Shown here piece after piece: positions 35,685 through 44,354 of a stretch of DNA of 56,499 nt. Under the pieces are notes generated by a model. That model did not search any database. It saw nothing but the letters and a program-made list of their open reading frames with translations, and was not told where the DNA came from. The stretch spans positions 1-56,499 of the forward strand of contig JBAVUF010000341.1 in the NCBI GenBank assembly GCA_049696635.1, given 5' to 3'. Position numbers and translations under genes: made by a program. Source of the stretch: Acidimicrobiales bacterium. GTDB taxonomy: Bacteria; Actinomycetota; Acidimicrobiia; Acidimicrobiales; Bog-793. Within the stretch, counting starts at the first letter, position 1. The number at the start of each line of letters is the position of its first letter.

Positions 35685-36424
35685 CAAAAACGACCGTCCG
35701 CGCCGTCTGCTGAGATGTCGGCTCCGATCACGGCGCGGTACCAGATCTGGGCGAGAACCGAGGCAACGTTCGGGATCTCGTCTATCGAGGCGGGACCGTA
35801 TTCCTCATCGATGAACGCCTGCGCCGCGTAGGCATCCACCATGGCAAGCAGAGCGCGGATGGCGATCTCGGGATCGAGCGGCGGTGCCGATCCGAGAGCG
35901 AGGTCCTGTTCGAGGCGCGCCCGCATCCGTTCGCGCAGCGCCTTCCGCATCGACCACCACGTGTCACGCACGGTGTCGGACGTCGAAACAAGACTCAGTG
36001 CAAGGCGCAAGAACGTGCGCTCTTCGAAGAACGCCTCGAGGTACGCAACCGTCGTCCGTTCGAAGTTCACCTCGGGGGGATCGTCGCGGCGCCAGATGCC
36101 CCGCGACGCCTTGTACATCCTCCAGAACGAGTTCGATAGAACGAGGTGCAAGAGGTCCTCTTTGCTCTCGAAGTACCGGTAGATCGTTCCGACGGACGTC
36201 TTGCTCGCCCGCGCGATGTCGGCCACGCCGATGTTGTCGTAGCTCGACGCCGTTCGGAACAGCTGCTCGGCTGCCTCGATGATCCGCTGACGCGTGCGCT
36301 CGCCACGCGCCGTCGGAGCGAGGGCCGGCGCGTGCACCCACGTCGGCGCCTCGACCGTCCCATCGAAGGACGCTGCCATCTCGATCTCGTCGGGCGCGAC
36401 CCGACTCGTCGTCGTCTCCGTCAT
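35684..36424 (-). CDS. TetR/AcrR-family transcriptional regulator embedded in the operon
   Basis: The HTH block is IGVADIARASKTSVGTIYRYFESKEDLL. ATG 36424 overlaps the stop of the molybdopterin subunit gene (ATGA). Confidence 0.85.
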   Translation of the reverse strand: MTETTTSRVAPDEIEMAASFDGTVEAPTWVHAPALAPTARGERTRQRIIEAAEQLFRTASSYDNIGVADIARASKTSVGTIYRYFESKEDLLHLVLSNSFWRMYKASRGIWRRDDPPEVNFERTTVAYLEAFFEERTFLRLALSLVSTSDTVRDTWWSMRKALRERMRARLEQDLALGSAPPLDPEIAIRALLAMVDAYAAQAFIDEEYGPASIDEIPNVASVLAQIWYRAVIGADISADGADGRF

Positions 36425-38811
36425 GACATCCCCTCGGCGATGTCGGTCGCCGAATGTCCGTTGAAGGCGCGGAACAGTTGCAACGGCGTTCCCGGAAGCG
36501 AGTTGAGCGCACCGCCACGATCGCTGATCGCATCGGAGAGAGCACAACCCACTGCACCCACGGCGCCGATCGTCCCCGCTTCACCAACCCCTTTCGCACC
36601 GGATTCGCTCCGTGCGGTGAACAAGCGGGGGTCGTCGGCGAGAGCGAGATCGAACTCCGGCGCCTCGCTCACGGTCGGAAGCAGATAGTCCATGAAGGAC
36701 GACGTGAGGATCTCGCCGTCGTTGCTGTAAATATGCTCCTCCAAGATGGCGTCGCCGATTCCCATGACGATCCCCCCGCGCAGCTGTCCGAGGACCACCT
36801 GCTCGTCGAACACGCGTCCGCAGTCCTCGAGCGCCGAGATCTTGCGCACCTTGGCGACAAAGGTCTCGGGGTCGACGTCGACGACGGCAAGCACGGCGCA
36901 GTTCGGATAGGTCGGGCCGCCGTCCCAGTAGCCTGACTCGACGACGGGTACCTCGAAGGTGCGCCCCGCGCGCGGAGCGTCAGGAAAGTACAGCCAGTGG
37001 GCGAGCTCTTTAAGGCTGACGCTCGCGTCGCCCGCGCCACTTTCGAAGCGCTCACCTTCGCGCTTCACTTCGTCGATGGCGCAAGAGAGGTACCCCGCTG
37101 CCGCCTCGACGAGGCGCTCGGACATCCGCGTCGACGCCCGGAGCGCGGCACTCATTTGCGCGACAGCGAAGCGCGACGCAAAGGTGCCGGTCCCTTTCGG
37201 ACAACGCCCGGTGTCCCCCTCGACAACCGAAACGTCGCCCGCTTCGACGCCGAGCACGTCGGCGACCTGTCGCTGGCAGATGTCCGCGTGGCGTTGGCCG
37301 GCGTCGGCCGAGCTGAGCGCGACGACGAAGGTTCCGTCCTCGCGTAACTCGACGCGAGAGGCGTCGTAGCCGGGAACCTCGGTTACGCCGCGCCCGCGAT
37401 AAATCGTGCTCCCCGGTGCGCTGTGCTCGGCGAACACCGAGAGCCCGACGCCGACGAGCGGTGACTCGCTCGGCATGGGAGCCGGCGATCCAGACCGAGC
37501 GAGCGCCGCCTTCACCCGATCGTCCTCATCGAGGCGGTCGAGCAGACGTTCGAACAGTTCGCGCGGGTCGCCAGAATCGATCAAGCCGCCGATCGGATGC
37601 TGGTACGGGATGTCGCCCGCGCCGAGCAGGTTCCGCCGGCGGATCTCGATCCGGCTCACCTCAAGCTCTCGCGCTGCTTCATCCAACAGTCGTTCGGTGG
37701 CGAAATTCGCCACCGAACCGCCAACGCCGCGATACGCACCCGACGGGCACTTGTTCGTCGCGATCCCCCGCGAGGTGATCCGAGCGGCGGCGACGCGATA
37801 ACTGCCAAACAGGTGCACCGAGGTACTCGATGGCTCAAGCGCAACCGACAGCGGGTACGACGAGTGAGCGCCGACGTCGACGGTGATTTCGGCGTCGACC
37901 GCGGCGATCGCCCCGTCCATCGCAAACCCGACGCGCAGCCGCACCCGCTCGTCGTGCGCGTGGTTGCTCGCCACGAGATTCTCCCAGCGATCCTCCAGCC
38001 ACGCGACGCGACGGCCCAAGTGGTGGGCGACCCACGCGACGAGGCACTCCTCAGCCGCCACCTGGCATTTGAGCCCGAACCCACCCCCGACATCGGGGAC
38101 CACGACGCGCACCGACTCCTCTCGCCGTCCGAGCACCGTAGAGACGGCGACACGCAGGATGTGCGGAATCTGCGTTGAGGTGCAGACGACCAGCTCTCCG
38201 GTGAGCGGCTCTTCGTAGCCGAGGACGCCGCGGTTTTCGAGCGGACAGGCGCTCTGGCGGGCGAGCTGGAAGGTCCGTTCGACGACGACGTGAGCCGACG
38301 CGAGCAACGCTTCCACGTCGCCAGCTCCTCTCTGCCCCGAAAAAAGGACGTTCGAACCGGCTTCGGGTCGCACCAATTCTGCGTTCGCCTGGGCGACGTC
38401 GACGTCGACCACCGCGTCGAGCGGCTCGTAGTCGATGGCGGCGAGTTCGCATGCCTCCTCGACACTTCCTCGGTCGACACCGACGACGAGAGCGATCGGC
38501 TCGCCGACGAAGGAGACGTACTCATCGGCCAGAAGTCGCCAGTCGTAGGTCTTTCCAGGTCCGAAGCGGACGGGAAGCGGGCCGACGTGACCGAGAAGAT
38601 CCTTTGCGTCGAACGCCGCGACGATGCCGGAGCTCGCCTTCACCTCGGTGAGATCGACGCTGCGCAGTCGGGCGCGGGCAAGCGTGCTGCGAACGAATCC
38701 GACCGCGAGCGTGTCGGTCGCCGCGAGGTCGCCGACGTAGCTGCCACCGCCGCGCGCGAACCGTCCGCGACCGTCGGTGTTGCCGGGAACCTGCAGGCTG
38801 CTTTGGGGCAT
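36421..38811 (-). CDS. Xanthine-dehydrogenase-family molybdopterin-binding large subunit (CoxL/QorL/NdhL-like hydroxylase)
   Basis: 796 aa with FVGEPIALVV, PLENRG, CTSTQIPH, VGGGFGLK and SGAYRGVGG blocks. It lacks the CO-dehydrogenase form I motif VAYRCSFR. Confidence 0.85.
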   Translation of the reverse strand: MPQSSLQVPGNTDGRGRFARGGGSYVGDLAATDTLAVGFVRSTLARARLRSVDLTEVKASSGIVAAFDAKDLLGHVGPLPVRFGPGKTYDWRLLADEYVSFVGEPIALVVGVDRGSVEEACELAAIDYEPLDAVVDVDVAQANAELVRPEAGSNVLFSGQRGAGDVEALLASAHVVVERTFQLARQSACPLENRGVLGYEEPLTGELVVCTSTQIPHILRVAVSTVLGRREESVRVVVPDVGGGFGLKCQVAAEECLVAWVAHHLGRRVAWLEDRWENLVASNHAHDERVRLRVGFAMDGAIAAVDAEITVDVGAHSSYPLSVALEPSSTSVHLFGSYRVAAARITSRGIATNKCPSGAYRGVGGSVANFATERLLDEAARELEVSRIEIRRRNLLGAGDIPYQHPIGGLIDSGDPRELFERLLDRLDEDDRVKAALARSGSPAPMPSESPLVGVGLSVFAEHSAPGSTIYRGRGVTEVPGYDASRVELREDGTFVVALSSADAGQRHADICQRQVADVLGVEAGDVSVVEGDTGRCPKGTGTFASRFAVAQMSAALRASTRMSERLVEAAAGYLSCAIDEVKREGERFESGAGDASVSLKELAHWLYFPDAPRAGRTFEVPVVESGYWDGGPTYPNCAVLAVVDVDPETFVAKVRKISALEDCGRVFDEQVVLGQLRGGIVMGIGDAILEEHIYSNDGEILTSSFMDYLLPTVSEAPEFDLALADDPRLFTARSESGAKGVGEAGTIGAVGAVGCALSDAISDRGGALNSLPGTPLQLFRAFNGHSATDIAEGMS

Positions 38812-39306
38812 TTACCGGTCACCGTCCTCGCGCAGTCGACCCGCCGAGGCGAGCACCGATTCGAAAGTGTCGACGATCGGCTCGTAACCCGTGCAGCGAC
38901 AGATCTGGCCGGAGAGCTGGTCGGCGATGGCCGATTGCTCGATCGCCTCGCCGCACGCGAGCAGCTCCTCGAGGGCGACGACCATGCCCGATGTGCAGAA
39001 GCCGCATTGGAAGGCGCCGTTATCGACAAACGTCGACTCGATCTCTTGCCAGGCGTCGCCGCGTCGCCGGGCAATTCCCTCGGCGGTCGTGATCGCTCGC
39101 CCGTCCGCTTGCACGGCGAGCGTGAGACACGAGCGCACCGCTTGCTCATCGATGAGGACTGCGCACGCTCCGCACACACCTTGCTCGCACCCGAGATGAA
39201 CGCTCGTCGCGCCGAGTTGTGAGCGCAAGACATCCGCGAGACTCACTGACGGTTCGACATCGATCTCGACGCGCTCGCCGTTGAGCTCGAACGCCACCTT
39301 TATCAT
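38812..39306 (-). CDS. [2Fe-2S]-binding small subunit of molybdenum hydroxylase
   Basis: CEQGVCGACAV, CGFCTSG and CRCTGY cysteine clusters are present. TAA abuts the large-subunit ATG (TAAATG). Confidence 0.9.
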   Translation of the reverse strand: MIKVAFELNGERVEIDVEPSVSLADVLRSQLGATSVHLGCEQGVCGACAVLIDEQAVRSCLTLAVQADGRAITTAEGIARRRGDAWQEIESTFVDNGAFQCGFCTSGMVVALEELLACGEAIEQSAIADQLSGQICRCTGYEPIVDTFESVLASAGRLREDGDR

Positions 39307-40163
39307 GCAGCCGCCTTTTTCTCGCCATCCGACGCGCTGACGTACGCTCGGCGCGCGACCACCGCCGCGAGATGCCGACGAAAGCGCGCGTCGGCGTGGC
39401 TGTCCTCGACGACGTCGCCGAGGATCGACACGAACTCTTCCCAGTACGCGTCATCACTCGAAGACCGAGCTCGGTCGAGGTCGAGCTCGAAACGTCGCGG
39501 TTTCGCCTCGACGCCGAAGAAGGTGACCGTTGCTTTCGTACGCGCGTCATCGTCGTCGAGGACGCAGATCGCTCCAGCGAGTGCGAAGTCCCCGGCGCGC
39601 AGCGCGACCTCTGCAACTCCCGCCAGCCTGCCAGCCGGAGTTGGGAAGGACACGCGAGTTACGAACTCGTTGTCACGAAGCGATGTCTGGTACGGACCTG
39701 TGACGAACGACTCGACGCGTTCGCGACGGGTCCCGTCCACGGATGCAATCACCACCTCGGCGTCCAGAGCGATGCACGCAGCAGGAAGCTCCGCAGCCGG
39801 ATCTGCGTGCGCGATCGATCCGCCAACCGTTCCTCGGTTTCGGATCGGCGGGTGGCCGATGAGGCGAGCGACCGCGGCGAGCACCGGAATGTTCGTGCGC
39901 ACCGCTGCGCTCGACTCGAGTTCGCTGTGCGTCGTGATTCCTCCGACTTCGAGCACGTTCTTGCCATCCTGTCCGGAATCGAACCCCGCCAGCGCGTCGA
40001 TACGTGTCAGGTCGACGAGGATCGATGGGCGCGCCAAACGCAACGCCATCAAAGGCAGCAGACTCTGTCCTCCGCCGAGTGGGCGCGCCCCGTCCACAGC
40101 GAGCATCTCGCAGGCTTCGTCGAGGCTTCCGGCACGGCAATAGACGAACGGTGGGAACTTCAT
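39303..40163 (-). CDS. FAD-binding medium subunit of molybdenum hydroxylase (CoxM-like)
   Basis: MKFPPFVYCRAGSLDEA...GGGQSLLPLMALRLARP is the family block. ATGA overlaps occur at both ends. Confidence 0.85.
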   Translation of the reverse strand: MKFPPFVYCRAGSLDEACEMLAVDGARPLGGGQSLLPLMALRLARPSILVDLTRIDALAGFDSGQDGKNVLEVGGITTHSELESSAAVRTNIPVLAAVARLIGHPPIRNRGTVGGSIAHADPAAELPAACIALDAEVVIASVDGTRRERVESFVTGPYQTSLRDNEFVTRVSFPTPAGRLAGVAEVALRAGDFALAGAICVLDDDDARTKATVTFFGVEAKPRRFELDLDRARSSSDDAYWEEFVSILGDVVEDSHADARFRRHLAAVVARRAYVSASDGEKKAAA

Positions 40164-41284
40164 CGCTTCACCACCATCACGACGCCGCCACCGTTTTCCC
40201 CACCACCGAGGTTCTGGCAGAGCCCGACCGACGGCCGCGGCTCAATCTGGCGCGCGCCGGCATCTCCGTTCAACTGTCGCGCGATCTCGATCAGCTGCGC
40301 GACCCCGGTCGCGCCAACAGGATGACCCCGGCCGAGCAGTCCGCCGTCGGTATTCGTCGGTAGGCGCCCCCCGAGAGAGGTCATCCCCTTCGCTGTCCAG
40401 ACGAGACCCTCGCCTTCTGGAACGAGCGAGAGGGCCTCGAGTCGGAGCGGCTCGGCGATCGTGAAGGCGTCATGCACTTGCGCGACTTCCACATCGCCGG
40501 GCCCGATCCCGGCCAGTTCGTACGCCTGGCGGGCAAGGCGCGAGGTGAACGACTCCGGTACTCCGACGGCACGTGATTCCGCCGCTTCCGGGGTTCCGAT
40601 GCTCCAACTCGCGATCCGCGCGCGTCTCGACCTGGCGCCGCCCTTGGCTCGTCCCAGCACAACCGCCGCCGCGCCGTCGCTCGTCGGGCAGCACTGCAGT
40701 CGTGTGAGCGGCGACGAGACCATCGGCGAGGTGAGCACCTCTTCGACCGAAGTCTCGGACCGCATGTGCGCGTCGCCGTTCAGCGCGGAGTGCGTGCGGC
40801 TCTTCACGGTGACTTCCGCGAGCGCGGACTCCTCGGCCCCGTACATGTCGAGATAGCGGCTCGCCTTCAGTGCGTAGCGAACCGGTTGGAGATCGAAGCC
40901 GAGAAACTCATCATCGCCGCCGTGAGGCTGGCTGAGTCGGACGAAGCCCGACCCCATCTTCTCGAAACCGACGACGAGCACCCTCTCGTGTTCCCCGGCG
41001 CGAAGTGCCAGAGCGGCGAGTGCGATCGCGGTCGCGCTGCTCGCGCACGCCTGATCGAGATTGATGACGGGGATCCCACGTATCCCTGACGCGGCGAGCA
41101 CCGCTGCGCCGCCACCGCTTTCGGGATTCGAGTGTCCCGTGTACACGGCGTCGATCGACTCGAGCGGAACCACGGCGCTCGCGAGTGCGCGCTCGATCGC
41201 CGTCCGTGCCATTGCGGCTGGGAGCTTGTCCGGAAATCGACCGAACGGATGGACGCCGTAGCCAAGGACCTCGATGCCACTCAC
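40160..41284 (-). CDS. Thiolase-superfamily protein (SCP-x/DUF35-partnered type)
   Basis: The active-site Cys block is NLDQACASSATAI. The C-terminal NTDGGLLGRGHPVGATG and GGGENGG blocks are present. GTG 41284 overlaps the DUF35 stop (GTGA). Confidence 0.85.
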   Translation of the reverse strand: MSGIEVLGYGVHPFGRFPDKLPAAMARTAIERALASAVVPLESIDAVYTGHSNPESGGGAAVLAASGIRGIPVINLDQACASSATAIALAALALRAGEHERVLVVGFEKMGSGFVRLSQPHGGDDEFLGFDLQPVRYALKASRYLDMYGAEESALAEVTVKSRTHSALNGDAHMRSETSVEEVLTSPMVSSPLTRLQCCPTSDGAAAVVLGRAKGGARSRRARIASWSIGTPEAAESRAVGVPESFTSRLARQAYELAGIGPGDVEVAQVHDAFTIAEPLRLEALSLVPEGEGLVWTAKGMTSLGGRLPTNTDGGLLGRGHPVGATGVAQLIEIARQLNGDAGARQIEPRPSVGLCQNLGGGENGGGVVMVVKR

Positions 41285-41724
41285 GGCGCACCACCCGTGA
41301 CGAGAAAGTGCGCGCGATGGAGCCGGACGTAGGAGATGACCTCACCATCTCGCACGACTTCGTCAAGATCGAGGACGACGCGGTCCCCGACGTGCAGCTT
41401 GTCGTCAGCGTCGGCGACACCGAAGCTCTCCGCGCCATCGACCAAGCGGACAAGTGCCACCGCGTAAGGGGGTGCGAGGACGACGTCGTCTGGCACTCGC
41501 GCGACAGTCGTCACGGCGAGCACCTCGCCCATTGGGTCGCTCCCCGTTTCGTCGAGCACTCCGCCGCAGCGACGGCACGTCGCCCCCGACCAGGCAAGGG
41601 CGGAACAGGCGCTACATCGAAGCACGGCGGGCCGTTGCCGCTCGTCTCGTTCGATCGAGTTCGTAAACCCGTAATCCATCCGGTTCCGTTCAGTCGGCCT
41701 CAGCGAATTCGCCGTCGTCTTCAC
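41281..41724 (-). CDS. DUF35 Zn-ribbon/OB-fold protein (thiolase partner)
   Basis: The rubredoxin-like motif LRCSACSALAWSGATCRRCGG is followed by the OB-fold segment PYAVALVRLVDG...VGDRVVLD. The start is either GTG 41724 or ATG 41679. Confidence 0.75.
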   Translation of the reverse strand: MKTTANSLRPTERNRMDYGFTNSIERDERQRPAVLRCSACSALAWSGATCRRCGGVLDETGSDPMGEVLAVTTVARVPDDVVLAPPYAVALVRLVDGAESFGVADADDKLHVGDRVVLDLDEVVRDGEVISYVRLHRAHFLVTGGAP

Positions 41725-41726
41725 CG

Positions 41727-42182
41727 TTATCGGCGGTCCAACTCGTCGTACCGCTGGTCGAGGAGGTACCTCGCGTATTCGTACCGCGGCTGGAACAGCG
41801 ACACGTGCACATATGGTTCGCCGTCGGGGACGTCGAAGCGAGCGCGCGTGCCGGCGAGGATCAACACGGCGTCGCCTTCACGGATCGACGTCGTCAAGAC
41901 TTGCTGGTGGTTTGGGGGCAGCGTGTAGGTCACCTCCGCCGAGCCGCCGAGGCAAACGTGAAACTCAGAGTGCCAAAACGCCCACTCCGTCGAGCGCCCA
42001 GCGTCGAATGCCTCCCAGCACACGACGCCCTGGGGGTCGTTGATCGGAAAGGTCAGGCGGAACGACTCCTTGTCACCGGGCGACGTGCCGCCGAAGACCG
42101 TTGGCTCACGCCTGAGGAGCTCTTCTCTGTCGAGATGAGTGATGATCACTTCGCCTGCCTCTCTTTTTTCACTCGGTCGCAT
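41727..42182 (-). CDS. Small cupin-like protein (EutQ/DUF861-like), function unknown
   Basis: A 151-aa ORF that fills the gap between the permease and DUF35 genes. The pattern WAFWHSEFHVCLGGSAEVTY...GDAVLILAGTRARFDV resembles a single cupin barrel. The family assignment is tentative. Confidence 0.5.
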   Translation of the reverse strand: MRPSEKREAGEVIITHLDREELLRREPTVFGGTSPGDKESFRLTFPINDPQGVVCWEAFDAGRSTEWAFWHSEFHVCLGGSAEVTYTLPPNHQQVLTTSIREGDAVLILAGTRARFDVPDGEPYVHVSLFQPRYEYARYLLDQRYDELDRR

Positions 42183-42201
42183 CGCTTCGCAACGTCTGCC
42201 G

Positions 42202-43128
42202 CTACCCCACCCGCCGCAATCGCATGCCCAAGGACCCGGGCGCCGCGCCGCGCCCGCGGGCGCGAACCGCCCAGGCGATCAAGATCACGACCGCGCCGAT
42301 GTACGGCATCATGTCGAGGAAGTCCGACGACACCGGCCAGCCGAGGGCACCTCCAAGATCGGCGAGGATAAGGAGCAGACCGAAGACGTAGGCACCGACG
42401 ATGAGGCGCATCGATCGCCAGGCAGAGAAGATCACGACGGCGAGCGCGATGAAGCCGCGCCCGGCAGTAACGTCGATTCCCCACTCACCGATGGCGATCA
42501 CGGCGAGCACGGCACCGGCGAAACCACCGAGAAGGCCGTTCACCCCGACATAGACGAAGCGCCATGGGCGCACGGCGATTCCCGCGCCGGCCGAAGCCGC
42601 AACGGGATCCTCGCCAATCGCGCGCAGGTTCCTCCCGTGGCGCGTTTGGCTGAGCACCCAAGCTACGAAGAACGGAAGGACGAACGCGAGGTACACCGGC
42701 CACGGATACCGGCCGATCAGTGCCTTCACCACCGGGATGCGGTCGATACCTGGCAGGCCGACGTTCGTCGACTGACTGTTGACGGTCGAGTTCTCGTAGT
42801 TGCTGCCGATCAATTGGGAAAGTCCGAGTCCGACGAACCACACCCCGAAGCCCGGTAAGACCTGTTCGGTCCCGAATACGACCACCGGCAGCGCGTAGAA
42901 GATCAGTAGAAACGCCGCGCCGGCGAGAGCGCCGGCGAGCAGCCCGAGATTGGCATCGTGCGTGTGAAGAGTCACGACGACACCGGTCACCGCCCCCATC
43001 AACATGAGCCCTTCGATGCCGATGTTGATCATGCCCACCGTCTCGCCGAGCATCTCCCCCGTCGCCGCGAGCAGCAGAGGTGTCCCCGCCAAGATGGCCG
43101 CTGCGAAATAGAGCTCGAAGGTGTGCAC
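42202..43128 (-). CDS. ABC transporter permease (BMP/nucleoside-type, YufQ/NupQ-like)
   Basis: The N-terminal block is AAILAGTPLLLAATGEMLGETVGMINIGIEGLMLMGA. The protein is multi-TM. Confidence 0.8.
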   Translation of the reverse strand: MHTFELYFAAAILAGTPLLLAATGEMLGETVGMINIGIEGLMLMGAVTGVVVTLHTHDANLGLLAGALAGAAFLLIFYALPVVVFGTEQVLPGFGVWFVGLGLSQLIGSNYENSTVNSQSTNVGLPGIDRIPVVKALIGRYPWPVYLAFVLPFFVAWVLSQTRHGRNLRAIGEDPVAASAGAGIAVRPWRFVYVGVNGLLGGFAGAVLAVIAIGEWGIDVTAGRGFIALAVVIFSAWRSMRLIVGAYVFGLLLILADLGGALGWPVSSDFLDMMPYIGAVVILIAWAVRARGRGAAPGSLGMRLRRVG

Positions 43129-43136
43129 CGCGAACC

Positions 43137-44354
43137 TCAGACTTCCCCGACGTCGCGCCCGATCAGGGCGGCATCGCCAGGTGTCGAAAGCGCGACGACT
43201 CGATCGGAGGAGGCGCGATCCGCGCCGTTATCCGGCGGTCGTCGCACCATTCGGAAGTGGGCGGCGACCTCGGCTATCGTCGCCAGCAGAAGGAGCAGGC
43301 CAATCAAGATGAAGACGTCTTCAGATGAGACGCCGTAGATCTGGACCGCCTGTCCAACGGACAACAGGATCGCGAACAGACACGCCATGACGATGACTCC
43401 GAGGATCGACCCTCCCGCCAGGACGGCGACGGCGATCCCGAGGTAGCCGGTGTTGTTCGAGAGCCCCGGAGTCAGCTGGTAGGAGTTGCCGGCGAGCTGT
43501 AGGACGCCGCCTATGCCCGCCAGCGCTCCGCCGAGCAGCAGGCTGAGGGCGATCATCCGACGAACTCGCACTCCGGCGTATGAAGCGACGGATCGTCCCG
43601 AACCGACGATGAGCGTTCGATAGCCGAAAATTGAATACCGAACGCCGACGCCCACGACAATCGTCAGTGCCACGGCGATGATCAGACCCGAGTCGAGTCC
43701 GCCAGCGAGGTGGACGAGCGGCAAGTGAGACTGGGTCGGCAAGAAGCGGCTTTCGATCGTGCCGCCTTGCGTGTTCGGATACCGCCAGGTGCCGGTAATC
43801 CAGTACGCGACCCACGAGATCATGACGAGGTTCAGCATCAGCGTGGTGATGATCTCGTTGACGTTCAAATAGGCCCTGGCGAGCATCGGGATGGTCACCC
43901 AAACCGCGCCGCCGACCGCGCCGGCGACGAGCATCCCGATGATCAACAGTGGACCAGGAGCGTGCGGCCACTCGAACGCCAATCCGGTCGCCAGCCAGGC
44001 GCCAGCGAAGAATTGCCCTTCGCCACCGATGTTCCACAGTGCGACGCGGCGCGGAATCTGGACGGCGAGAGCGGTCAGGAAGAACGGCGTCGCCAGCACG
44101 ACGAGCTCCTGTAGGCCGGGCTGGGTCGTGAACGTGGTGCGGAGCACCTGCCCGAGGACGTCCGGAATGTGCACCGTGGCGACGAGATAGATCGCCGCGA
44201 CGCCGAGGGCGATCACGATCGCGACCAGCCGGTAAACCCAGCTGCGCGTCTCGGATGCTTCTTCGCGAATAAGGGTCCAACGCGTGTGCACTGACCGGAA
44301 TCCGATCCGTCGCAGCACCCCGGCGTCGCCGATGACAGCCATCGCGCCGCTCAC
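43137..44354 (-). CDS. ABC transporter permease (BMP/nucleoside-type, YufP/NupP-like)
   Basis: 405 aa and multi-TM, with the NIGGEGQFFAGAWLATG block. GTG 44354 overlaps the ATPase stop (GTGA). Confidence 0.8.
   Translation of the reverse strand: MSGAMAVIGDAGVLRRIGFRSVHTRWTLIREEASETRSWVYRLVAIVIALGVAAIYLVATVHIPDVLGQVLRTTFTTQPGLQELVVLATPFFLTALAVQIPRRVALWNIGGEGQFFAGAWLATGLAFEWPHAPGPLLIIGMLVAGAVGGAVWVTIPMLARAYLNVNEIITTLMLNLVMISWVAYWITGTWRYPNTQGGTIESRFLPTQSHLPLVHLAGGLDSGLIIAVALTIVVGVGVRYSIFGYRTLIVGSGRSVASYAGVRVRRMIALSLLLGGALAGIGGVLQLAGNSYQLTPGLSNNTGYLGIAVAVLAGGSILGVIVMACLFAILLSVGQAVQIYGVSSEDVFILIGLLLLLATIAEVAAHFRMVRRPPDNGADRASSDRVVALSTPGDAALIGRDVGEV

Noticed and set aside
36421-40163. Interpretation of the coxMSL-like genes plus coxG as an aerobic carbon monoxide dehydrogenase.
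   Set aside because: The large subunit shows AYRGVGG instead of the form I CODH loop VAYRCSFR. No coxDEF-type maturation genes are present, and the surrounding genes are CoA-thioester enzymes.
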